NCBI GenBank assembly: GCA_951406725.2
Contig: OX597834.1
Span: 26,660,001-26,724,000 of the forward strand
Direction: 5' to 3'
Origin: Octopus vulgaris
Taxonomy: Eukaryota
DNA: 64,000 bases
How positions within the stretch are numbered: the stretch's first letter is position 1; every line of letters starts with the position of its first letter. This document shows positions 41,737-52,989 of the stretch, one piece after another. The translations under genes and the position numbers were made by a program. The notes below the pieces were generated by a model, which saw nothing but the letters and a program-made list of their open reading frames with translations, did no database searches and was not told the origin of the DNA.

Positions 41737-42031
41737 GTTTGTTCCTTCTCAAGCCATGCCTGGCTCCTGGTTTCCTGGTTTCCTTGGCGTATAGGTTCCC
41801 CACCTGGAGGGGACGCCGGTCTGTCACAGGTGAGCTGCAAGATGCAGGAGGAAAGACTGAGAGAAAGTTGTGGTGAAAGAGTCAGCAGAAGTTCGCCATT
41901 ACCTTCTGCCGGAGCCGCGGGGAGCTTAGGTGTTTCGCTCATAAACACACACATCGCCCGGTCTGAGATTCGAACCCGCGATCCCTTGACCACGAGTCTG
42001 CTGCTCTAACCACTAGGCCATGTGCCTCCAC
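41737..42031 (-). mobile_element. tRNA-derived SINE sharing the family D head and core but with a different 3' tail
   Basis: A/B boxes TGGCCTAGTGG and GGTTCGAATCT; TSD ctgcagatatat. Confidence 0.75.
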
Positions 42032-42217
42032 CTGCAGATATATAGATTCAATTATTTGATCCTTCGTTGATCAAGGATATTCCTCAATGAGTAAGCAACC
42101 GTATTGATTTTGTGCATGGGAAAAAGATACATTTAATCTTTGTCTCCTGTTGTAATTCTATTCATAAACAGGGTGCGTAAGGTATTTGAGGACATACCTT
42201 TTTGGGTCATTGTTGTT

Positions 42218-42257
<40 letters not shown>

Positions 42258-42569
42258 GGAGAGAGAGAGGGAGAGAGAAGGAAGGAGAGAGAGGGAGAGA
42301 GAAGGAAAGAGAGAGAGAGAGGGAGAGAGAAGGAGAGAGAGAGAGAGAGTTAAAACCTGGGAAATGTGTCAGATGAAAGTGAAAGAAGGAAAACTGAGAT
42401 AAAGACAGATATACACAGACAGACAGATAGATAGATAGAGAGAAAGAAAGAGATAGAGAGAGATAGACAGATAGATAGAGAGAAAGAAAGAGAGATAGAG
42501 ATAGAGAGAAGGAGATAAAAAGAGGGATGGGAGAGAGAGAGAGAAATAGAGAAAGTCAGACAAATAGGT

Positions 42570-43150
42570 GGTCAGTAACTGAATGCTGGACATAGCCGCT
42601 ATATAGTTGACTACTATTGGACATAACCACGACGAAAGTTCACAGCTGGACATAGCCATTGTATAGCTTAATACTGTAGGACATAGCCATGACAAAGTTG
42701 AGTGTTGGACAGAGCCGTCACTTGGTTGACTACTATTGGACATAGCTATGATAAAATTGACTGTCAGATATAGCCGTCACATTGTTGACTACGACTGGAC
42801 ATAGCTATGATAAAATTGACTGTCAGATATAGCCGTCACATTGTTGACTACTACTGGACATAGCTATGATAAAATTGACTGTCAGATATAGCCGTCACAT
42901 TGTTGACTACTACTGGCCATAGCTATGATAAAATTGACTGTCAGATATAGCCGTCACTTGGTTGACTACTATTGGACATAGCTATGATAAAATTGACTGT
43001 CAGATATAGCAGTCACATTGTTGACTACTACTGGACATAGCTATGATAAAATTGACTGTCAGATATAGCCGTCACATTGTTGACTACTACTGGACATAGC
43101 TATGATAAAATTGACTGTCAGATATAACCGTCACATAGTTGACAACTGCT
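42570..43150. repeat. 59-bp minisatellite (about 7 clean and 3 diverged copies)
   Basis: ggacatagctatgataaaattgactgtcagatatagccgtcacattgttgactactact with period 59. Confidence 0.9.
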
Positions 43151-43177
43151 GGGTCCAAATAACCAAGACAAACTCAC

Positions 43178-43324
43178 CTTGCATTTGATTTCATCTGTGT
43201 CCAGAAGGTTGATGAGTATTTCTAGTCCTCCGAGGTCTCGAATGGCAAGCTGACATGTCTCTTGGGAGAGATTAAAGTCTCTCATGCAGCAGAGAAATAT
43301 GACTGTGGCTGTCTGGTTACTGAC
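43178..43324 (-). CDS. ARMC4: ARMC4/ODAD2 exon ([49 protein letters not shown])
   Basis: cctctccag acceptor, AAG|gtgagt donor; 147 nt, phase 0/0. Not in the ORF track; translated by hand. Matches the ARMC4 NQTATVI...[19 protein letters not shown] motif. Confidence 0.96.
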
Positions 43325-43404
43325 CTGGAGAGGATAACAATATCACCAACGTTAACAGCAACACCACATTAAGGGAAATTATTACATCATTTATTAATAT
43401 CTAT

Positions 43405-43672
43405 TTATAAATAAACTGATAATGCAGGATTTTCTTCAAGTAATGCCTCAAGGAGCTTATCGTCAAACTCAACTGGACGTCCTGTTCGATCTACATCTTC
43501 AAGGCTGAAATCTCCACTTCTGAATTTTGCAAACCATCTTCTGCAAGTTCTTTCATTCAAGCATTCTTTCCCATAAACTGAGTGTATGTTTCGAGTCGCT
43601 TCAGCTGCAGGGTTTCCTTTTTTGTACTCATAAAGCATTATGAGGCCTCAAATGCTCTCTGGATATTTCCAT
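43405..43672 (-). pseudogene. Truncated mariner transposase HTH region
   Basis: MLYEYKKGNPAAEATRNIHSVYG...ERTCRRWFAKFRSGDFSLED.DRTGRP; frameshift after the ATG; no DDD domain. Confidence 0.9.
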
Positions 43673-44151
43673 GTTAGAAAGGGTTTTAATCAAAGAAATT
43701 TTAATTCTATTATTCTGTAAAATAATATTTAATTAGTTTAAATGTACACAAATGCAATAAAAATAACGTCTAACAGTTACGAGCCAATGAGAAAGCTTTT
43801 TCGGAGTAATTTTATTTGTTAGAAATAGTAGTCAAATCACAATCACACATCACCACAATCCATTTCAAGGAGAGAAAGGACACATTGAATAATGTACACA
43901 CCCCTTCCAAATAAACGGGGTAGATATGTTTGGAACGTATTTGATCATAAATCTACCCTGTTTGAACAGAATCATGATCAATGTGTTTTCAGCTGTATTC
44001 TCTTATTGCAACCATTTTGGGAGGGGTGGTAGTGGTGGTGGTGAAGGGTAGTGGCGACGGTAGATCAATGGCTACAATATTCAATGTGTTCTTCCATTTT
44101 AGGCGGTGACAGTGTGTGATGTGACATAGATTTGGTTACTATTTCTTGGAG

Positions 44152-44209
<58 letters not shown>

Positions 44210-44216
44210 ATATCTA

Positions 44217-44259
<43 letters not shown>

Positions 44260-44384
44260 GCCTGCATGCATGCATGCCTGTCTGCCTGCCTGCCTGCCTG
44301 CCTGTCTGTCTGCTTGCTTGCCTGTCTGTCTCTCGGCCTGCCTGCCTGCCTGTCTGTGTCTCTCTGTATCTATCTATCTATCTG

Positions 44385-44422
<38 letters not shown>

Positions 44423-44472
44423 CATCTGTCTCTCTCTCTCTCTCTTTCTTTCTTTTCTTTCTTTTCTTTCTT

Positions 44473-44551
<79 letters not shown>

Positions 44552-44637
44552 ATCTATCCAAAAGGGGTTTAAATTCAATATTTACATGGTTTTATTATAG
44601 CTTTATCTACTTCAAGTACTACAGTTAAAATAAAATC

Positions 44638-44689
<52 letters not shown>

Positions 44690-44784
44690 CGGTATATATG
44701 TATGTGTGTGTGTGTGTGTGTATACATGTATATACATCACACACAGACACACAGAACCCTCCCCCTCCACACACACACACGCAC

Positions 44785-44938
44785 CTTCAGGTATTTCACC
44801 AGCTTCTGTATTTGCCAATATTCAGTCGGGAGGTCCGTGTTCACTTCCCGTCTTTCCAATGTCTCTTCTTCCTCTTCACTTTCACTTGTCGTATCACTCA
44901 GACTCTCTTCCGAGTCATCAAGTTTCTTTTTGCTTTTT
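44785..44938 (-). CDS. ARMC4: ARMC4/ODAD2 exon (acidic linker ...[17 protein letters not shown])
   Basis: Conserved [16 protein letters not shown] motif; AAG|gtgcgt donor. Acceptor is GAG after a polypyrimidine tract, phase 2, matching the previous exon. The 5' boundary could be 6 nt further in. Confidence 0.92.
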
Positions 44939-45426
44939 CTCCAATAGAAAAAAAGGAAAATAAACCAATAAACAACAATAAAAAAATATATACACACAAC
45001 TATATATATATATATATATCTTTTATTGTTCACTTGCTTCAGTCATTTGACTGTGGCCAATGCTGGGGCACCACCTCGAAGGGTTTTTGTGGAAGAAATT
45101 GAACCCAAGACTTTATTTTTTAAAGCCTAGTATATATTTTATCTTTCCTTTTTTGCTGAACTGCTAAGTTATGAGGGATGGAAACACACAAGCACCTGTT
45201 CTCAAGCGGTGGTAGGGTCCAAACAAGCTCAAAAACATGGACATACACACACACACATGAAGAGCTTCTTTCAGTTTCCGTCTACCAAATCCATGGACAA
45301 AACTTAGGTCAACCTGAGGCTATAGTAGAAGGCACTTACTTGCTAAAAGTGCCATTCAGTGAAACTGAACCCGGGACTATGTGGTTTGGAAGCAAGCTTC
45401 TTATCAAAGAGCCACGCCTGTTCCTA

Positions 45427-45523
<97 letters not shown>

Positions 45524-46166
45524 GTAAACATTATCGACCTCACATACTCAATGTATGTGCCTTGCTTTCTTGCTTGTATACATCGTCGTGGTAAACCAGC
45601 AAATGTCTTTTACACTATCTGTATATAGTCATGGACTGGCGATTCAGTTTGCCTCCAAATTGCGTTTAGGTACATGATGTTGCTAAGCCACAAAAATGGC
45701 AAAACTCGACGTCCATCACTCCTGGATGGAATTTTGGAACAAGTTGTCTCGTCTGTCTGTGACTTTCAGGTGTCGTAACACTCAGTGCTTTGAAGGAGTC
45801 ATCCCCACTGTGCAATTCTGCAGCCTACTGCTGAACAAGCAAAGCACATTCACTGAGTATATGGGGTCAATAATATTTAGAACATTAGTGCTGCTTCTAA
45901 TTTAGATGCGAATAATACACACATACACGCGCACGCACACACATAAACATACACTCACACACACACATATATATATATATGCACATATATATATATATAT
46001 ATATACACATACATATATACATATACACATACATATATATACATACATACATATATATATATATGTATAACGGGAAAGTTTATGAAAATAAACAAAAGAC
46101 GAAGACAGGTGGAGTACAAAAAAACAAATGTATTAGTATAGCGCTCAGGAATAGAAATAGAAAAAG

Positions 46167-46203
46167 TCTTTTACGTTTCGAGCCTATGCTCTTTGACAGA
46201 AAG
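46167..46203 (-). ncRNA. Degenerate minimal hammerhead-like motif (related copies at 51557-51594 and 63708-63743)
   Basis: cttt-CTGTCAA-a-gagc atag gctc-GAAACGTA-aaag. The sibling copies have cores CTGTTGA and CCGACGA; all deviate from CUGANGA. Confidence 0.35.
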
Positions 46204-46247
46204 GGACACAGAAAAAAACAAGGAGAGAAACAAGGATATATATAGAC

Positions 46248-46316
<69 letters not shown>

Positions 46317-46909
46317 CATACATACATACATATATATATATATACACACACACACAATCAAACTCACACACATACACACACACACACAAATGTGGAAGGG
46401 AAGAAACTTAGAAACATCGGAGTTATTTCCCATCAAAATTACAGTCATTTTGAAAAAGCTAGTTTTTATCCATTTATTCTTTTATTCTTTTACTTGTTTC
46501 AGTTATTTGACAGCGGCCATGCTGTAGCACCGCCTTTAGTCGATCAACTCAACCCACCCAGGACTTATTCTTTGCAAGCCTAGTACTTATTCTATCGGTC
46601 ACACCAACTTCGGTTGTCAAGCGATGGTAGGGAACACCACACACACATGTACTATTCGATGGCTTGCAAATGGCACTTTTTCCCCGCCAAAATGTTTCAT
46701 AAATTCGTATTTGCGAGGTTCGGTCTTCTATAAACTTGCTTTTCCTTGCCCACTTGCCATTTTTTTTAATTACTTTAATCACATTTTCTCTATGATGATT
46801 TTTTGCTCTATGTTCAATTTTCACAGATTTCATTAAAAAAGGGAAATAACTTGCAATATCAGAGTTATTTCCCTTTGAAAATTTTTAAAATTTATTTATT
46901 CTTCACAAG

Positions 46910-46979
<70 letters not shown>

Positions 46980-47258
46980 CACCATTACTACTGCTGCTGC
47001 TAATTGAATTTCTAACAATTGAGTTCGAAATTACTTAGGTGCCAGGTTTTCAAAGTTTCCGCCTGGTAAACCCACTCACAAGGCTTTAGTTAGCCCACGG
47101 CTATTCAAACCACAAAGAATCCCTCTCAACACATGGCTATGATGCTCGCCCCACTACTCCTGCTCATGATCCTATGTTGTCGGCCACTAAGGGACACGAT
47201 CTTATGTTGTCGGCCACTAAGTGGTCAAGGCAAGGTAAGTGTCCTGGTGGAGAATATA

Positions 47259-47842
47259 TATTTCTTTACTGCCCAGAAGGGGCTAAACATAGAGGGGACA
47301 AACATGGACAGATGAAGGGATTAAGTCGATTATATCGCCCCCAGTGCGAAACTGGTACTTTATTTATCGACCCCAAAAGGATGAAAGGCAAAGTTGACCT
47401 CGGCGGAATTTGAACTCAGAACGTAACGACAGACGAAATACCTATTTCTTTATTACCCACAAGGAGCTAAACACAGAACGGACAAAGAAGGACAGACATA
47501 GGTATTAAGTCGATTACATCGACCCCAGTGCGTAACTGGTACTTTATTTATCGACCCCGAAAGTATGAAAGGCAAAGTTGACCTCGGCGGAATTTGAACT
47601 CAGAACGTAACGACAGACGAAATACCTATTTCTTTATTACCCACAAGGGGCTAAACACAGAACGGACAAAGAAGGACAGACATAGGTATTAAGTCGATTA
47701 CATCGACCCCAGTGCGTAACTGGTACTTTATTTATCGACCCCGAAAGTATGAAAGGCAAAGTTGACCTCGGCGGAATTTGAACTCACAGACGAAATACCG
47801 CTAAGCATTTCGCCCGGCGCGCTACCGTGTCTTCCAGCTCGA
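47259..47842 (-). mobile_element. SINE family B trimer
   Basis: Three bodies plus one head; no clear TSD. Confidence 0.85.
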
Positions 47843-48109
47843 CACCATAGAAACTGGCCCTTATGACTAGAGAACATAACACATACCATTTTTTTTACAT
47901 ACACGCGCGCACACACACACACACACACATGCACACACACGCACACACACACACACACACGCACACGCACACACAAATTAACAAACAACACTTACCCATA
48001 ACCAGCCCTTGTTTTCTTGCCCGAAGACTTCTTACTTGAGGTACTTCTGCATATATTAATGACATAGATTGAGTAAATAAATGAAATAAATAAATGCATA
48101 AGATTGCAA

Positions 48110-48430
48110 ATTTTCGGATAATTAGCTCTGTGGCAACCGTGGAGATTGGCGACGTACCGTAAAAGAGGGAATACAAAGGAGTGACAGAGAGAGAGAGAGA
48201 GAGGAGAAATGGAAAGAAAGGAAGAGACGTAAGCAAGAGACTATGGCACTACAACCAGCCAGGAACAGTCTTCGCTACATTTGCAGTACCTGCCAGAGGG
48301 AGTGTTTGTCCAGGATAGGACTACACAGCCACAGCAGGAAATGTATCAGGACATGAAATATAAAAGCCGGACTAGACTGCTTCATGCGCAACTCTATTGT
48401 CTCCCGAGACGGAAAGGATGCCAATACAAT
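48110..48430 (+). pseudogene. RTE LINE 3' end
   Basis: NRGDWRRTVKEG...YICSTCQRECLSRIGLHSHSRKC C-terminal zinc-finger-like motif, then a short 3' UTR. Confidence 0.7.
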
Positions 48431-49681
48431 CTTTAGAGAGAGCAGGAAGGATAAGACAGGAAGTTTGAAAAACGGATGAGAAAATTTCACAGAAAATTTC
48501 TAATAGAAATGGCAACAAGAACGTTTGTGATGTGAATCTGTTCTTGTAAGTGTAACGGATTCGTCTACATTGATACAGCAGTGGAATGGAGAAGGGCTAG
48601 AAAACAGTTCATCAACATCAGGTATGAAGATGGAACTAGCAGAAAATTTGTGGAAAAGTCTTGGATTCACTCACATCATCATCATCATCGTCGTTTAACG
48701 TCCGCTTTCCATGCTAGCATGGGTTGGACGATTTGACTGAGGGCTGGCGAACCAGATGGCTGCACCAGGCTTCAATCTTGATCTGGCAGAGTTTCTACAG
48801 TCGGATGCCATTCCTAACGCCAACCACTCCGAGAGTGTAGTGGGTGCTTTTACGTGCCACCGGCATGGGGGTGCCAGTCTGGCGGTACTGGCAACGACCT
48901 CGCTCGAATCTTTTACACATGTCACCGGCACAGGTGCCAGTGAAGTGACGTAGGGAGCGATCACAGTGTCTTGAATGGTGTCTTTTACGTGCCACCGGCA
49001 CGGAGGCCAGATAGCCGCTCTGGCAACGATCACACAACTAGCACGGGGCTCGAGTGCCAGTAAGGCGACACTGGTAATGATCACATTCGAATGGTGACGA
49101 TCACACTCATAGAGTGGAAATGTTAGACTCGATTCTGCTTTGGATTTGACGGAAACACAAATGTGAAATAAAGGGCCTTGTGTATGGTCCCTCTTCTGTA
49201 ACTAAATGAAGGTCCAAGCCATGGGTTATCTGTTAGGTTGGTCATTATTGGATTCACTTTGTTGTTGGGATGATCTAATGCATAATACAAAGAATGCATG
49301 TACAATAACAATAGTAACAGCAACAACAATGATAATTTCAAATTTTGGTACGAGGCCTGTAGTTTTGGGGACACAGGGTGAGTCGATTACATCAACCCCA
49401 GTACTCAACTGGTACTTATTTTATTGACCCCACTAAAAGATGAAGGACAATGTCAGCATCATCATCATCATCGTTTAGCGTCCGTTTTTCAATCCTAGCA
49501 TGAGTTGGACGGTTCTACTGGGGCCTGGGAAGCCAGGAGGCTGCACCAGGCTGATCTGGCAGTGTTTCTACAGCTGGATGCCCTTCCTAACGCCAACCAC
49601 TCCGAGAGTGTAGTGGGTGCTTTTTACGTTGGGAACATATGTGTAAAAGAAGCCCCTCCCCACCCCGCAACAAGATCTTAC

Positions 49682-49890
49682 CTTTTCGTGCCCTCCTCAT
49701 CGTCCAACATTGTCCATTTCGTAGATGGAGATAATTTTGCATTGGTGCCACTAGATTTCAAACTCAAATCCGATTCTTTTTGTAGTGGGCCACTTTCTGG
49801 AGCAAGGTTGACAGTATCCTTTGCTTTCTGGTCCTTCGACGGTTGGTTCTTCTCCTTTGAAGATTTGGGCTTTGGTTTCACTTGAAATTT
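49682..49890 (-). CDS. ARMC4: Probable ARMC4 exon, Lys/Ser-rich linker (KFQVKPKPKSSKEK...WTMLDDEEGTKR)
   Basis: aaacag acceptor, AG|gtaaga donor; 209 nt, phase 0/2, in frame with both neighbours. Little recognisable homology. Confidence 0.78.
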
Positions 49891-49989
49891 CTGTTTATAT
49901 ATAAAAATGTTCACTTAAAGAGAATAACAAGCTACATAATGCAAAATTTTTACTTTTCAAAAATTCCAATTCTAAAGGGTCGAAACAAA

Positions 49990-50017
49990 CCCGAGCAACG
50001 CCGGGTGATACTGCTAG
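49990..50017 (+). mobile_element. Helitron 3' terminus
   Basis: CCCGAGCAACGCCGGG hairpin 8 nt before CTAG, followed by T. Confidence 0.7.
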
Positions 50018-50870
50018 TAAGTAGGTATTATTGGAATTCTTGAAATGAATACATTATCACCTACTCCACATTATGAGAGTGCAATAACCTCTATAGCACA
50101 CAGCATTGGTTTCTTCAGAATAAGTCTTGTTCTCGTATTGCACAATTTCGGAGGATCTAAATTTCTTAGAAGCATTATTGAAGCTCCAAGTTTTAAGTGA
50201 AGCTTATGATGAGAAGGTAAACTTAGTTCCGATGAGTTTAAAATCTTGACTGGATAATTTACTATTTCTGATTGATCAACAATGGTGTCAATAGATCTGT
50301 GTGATTGGCAATTTCCTGGAAGTTGCATTAGGCGCAGGAGTGGCTGTGTGGTAAGTAGCTTGCTTACCAACCACATGGTTCCGGGTTCATTCCCACTGCG
50401 TGGCATCTTGGGCAAGTGTCTTCAGCTGTAGCCTCGGGCCGACCAATGCCTTGTGAGTGGATTTGGTAGACAGAAACTGAAAGAAGCCTGTCGTATATAT
50501 GTATATATATATATGTGTGTGTGTGTGTGTTTGTGTGTGTGCGTTTGTCCTCCTAGCATTGCTTGACAACCGATGCTGGTGTATTTACGTCCCCGTCACT
50601 TAGCAGTTCGGCAGAAGAGACCGATAGAATAAGTACTGGGCTTACAAGGAATAAGTCCCGGGGTCGATTTGCTCGACTAAAGGCGGTGCTCCAGCATGGC
50701 CGCAGTCAAATGACTGAAACAAGTAAAAGAGTAAAAGAGTAAAAGAGAAGATCAAAGTTCATTGCATTCACAGTTACTTTCATCAGGGCTAGAATTGCCC
50801 TTTCACTCAACCATTTGTGATGCTTCTAATGTACACTGAGATTTGGAAAGATTTTTCTGATGAGTTCTTT
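50018..50870 (-). pseudogene. Helitron-type Pif1 helicase remnant split by a SINE
   Basis: ELIRKIFPNL...WLSERAILA | SIDT...NYPVKILNS...HKLHLKLGASIMLLRNLDPPKLCN.TRL...DNVFISRIPIIPT, with stops. Confidence 0.88.
50329..50748 (+). mobile_element. SINE family A inserted into a Helitron Pif1 remnant
   Basis: Full copy in plus orientation that splits the Pif1-like reading frame. Confidence 0.85.
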
Positions 50871-50947
50871 TTCTGATTTCACCATGTGCAAATAAATGAT
50901 GGAGGTATTGTAGATCCATCATTTATTTGCACATGGTGAAATCAGAA
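50871..50947. repeat. Perfect hairpin (33-bp arms, 11-nt loop)
   Basis: ttctgatttcaccatgtgcaaataaatgatgga / tccatcatttatttgcacatggtgaaatcagaa. Confidence 0.95.
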
Positions 50948-51248
50948 TTTTGCTCTTTCCATTCCTCTCTAAATTTCTCCACCTTTCCACTATATTTACT
51001 CCCTCTGCTCCTCTCTCTCAAGTGCTTCTATTCTTCTCAATATGCTTTTGCTCTCTGTGGCTAATTGAATAATCTGTCCAATATAAAGTCTTCGATCATG
51101 TCTCGTCTTCTGCTGATTGTATCTTTTTCTGTCTCTCAAGTCACCGAGAAAGATGACTTCAGAGACAAAGGTGGGTGTAGAAACACACATATATACACAA
51201 AAAACTAAGGAACACAACATTAACGGAAGAATGAAATGAAAAACTCAC

Positions 51249-51365
51249 CAATTTGGCAATTTGTTGCTCAAACACCTTACTTTGGTCACTCAGAAGAGAG
51301 ACAAGATCTCTGTAGTAGTTACCATTTTTGTTGTAGTCTAATTCACCAGTCTTCTTCTTAGGGCC
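51249..51365 (-). CDS. ARMC4: Probable ARMC4 N-terminal-region exon (GPKKKTGELDYNKNGNYYRDLVSLLSDQSKVFEQQIAKL)
   Basis: Strong acceptor (tctttttcttgtttcggtcag) and donor (TTG|gtgagt); 117 nt; only the phase-0 frame is open, which fits the next exon. Confidence 0.7.
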
Positions 51366-51943
51366 CTGACCGAAACAAGAAAAAGAAGATTATGTTTAAA
51401 GTATATATATTGATTAGTGCTCTGGCGCACGCATATATATATATATATATATATATATAACGGGAAGCTTTATGGAAATAAACAAAAGACGAAGGGAGGT
51501 GGAATACAAACAAACAATTGTATTAGTATGGCGCTCAGGAATATAAATAAAACAAGTCGTTTACGTTTCGAGCCTACGCTCTTCAACAGAAAGATACACA
51601 GAAAAGAAACACGGAGAGAAACAAGGAGAGAAAAAAATGCGTGCAGAGGCTAGCGAATCAACATGGCGATCTGATTTCGGCCAGAAGTCAAAGATCAAAC
51701 GTGAGATGCAAGAGCGAAATTAGGGGAGATATATATATATATATATATATATTATAGAGGGCATTACTATACATAAATGCCACACGCTAGGAGGGACTCT
51801 TAAAGTCGAAACTACCAAAATAAATAAACACATCGTAGCGAATGCAACTCTCGAAGCAAGTCATTTAAAAACAGAATTTAGCTGCATATCACCGCGATTT
51901 CAGAATTAGTGTAGTAATGCACTTTTTAATCCTCAGTGCAAGC

Positions 51944-51981
<38 letters not shown>

Positions 51982-52305
51982 GGAACTCCGTCGACAACAA
52001 AGGTATCAGTGGATTTGGTCAATGGTACAGCCTGCTCGTGAAATTGCCCTTCGATATTTGTGTAACTATTCATTTTTGCCAGCTGAGTGGACTGGGGCAA
52101 TGTAAAATAAAGTGTCTTGTACAAGGACACAACTCGTCGTTAAGGATCGAACTCGTGACCTTGCGATCGCGAGCAGAATACCTTGACAACTTGCCTTCAC
52201 ACACACAAACACAAACATACACACACACACACACACACATGTACAAATATACACATAGTATACATATATAAATATATATGCGTATGAATAACAATAGTAT
52301 ATATA

Positions 52306-52436
52306 CAGGGTGTCCCCAAAAAATGTATTCACATAGTGGTTCGGCAAAAGAGAACGATAGACTAAGTACTAGGCTTACAAAGAATAACAAATTTACAATT
52401 ATTTAAGGTGTGTATACATTTTTTTGGGACACCCTG
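52306..52436. mobile_element. Tc1/mariner-like MITE containing a SINE A fragment (second copy)
   Basis: Same TIRs and interior as 6272-6404. Confidence 0.85.
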
Positions 52437-52470
<34 letters not shown>

Positions 52471-52584
52471 TGTATGTATGTATGTATGTATGTGTGTATG
52501 TATGTATGTATGTGTGTATGTGTGTATGTATGTGTGTATGTATGTATGTATGTATGTATGTATGTATGTATGTATGTATGTATG

Positions 52585-52764
<180 letters not shown>

Positions 52765-52765
52765 A

Positions 52766-52846
<81 letters not shown>

Positions 52847-52849
52847 TCA

Positions 52850-52917
<68 letters not shown>

Positions 52918-52989
52918 GTGTGTGTGTGTGTGTGTGTGTATGTGTGTGTGTGTATGTTATAAACAAAACACTTGCGATTCGAAGACGTA

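Noticed and set aside
50996-51220. 74-aa ORF between two ARMC4 exons as an extra exon
   Set aside because: The best acceptor gives phase 1 and the donor is weak, while the flanking exons already join in phase 0.
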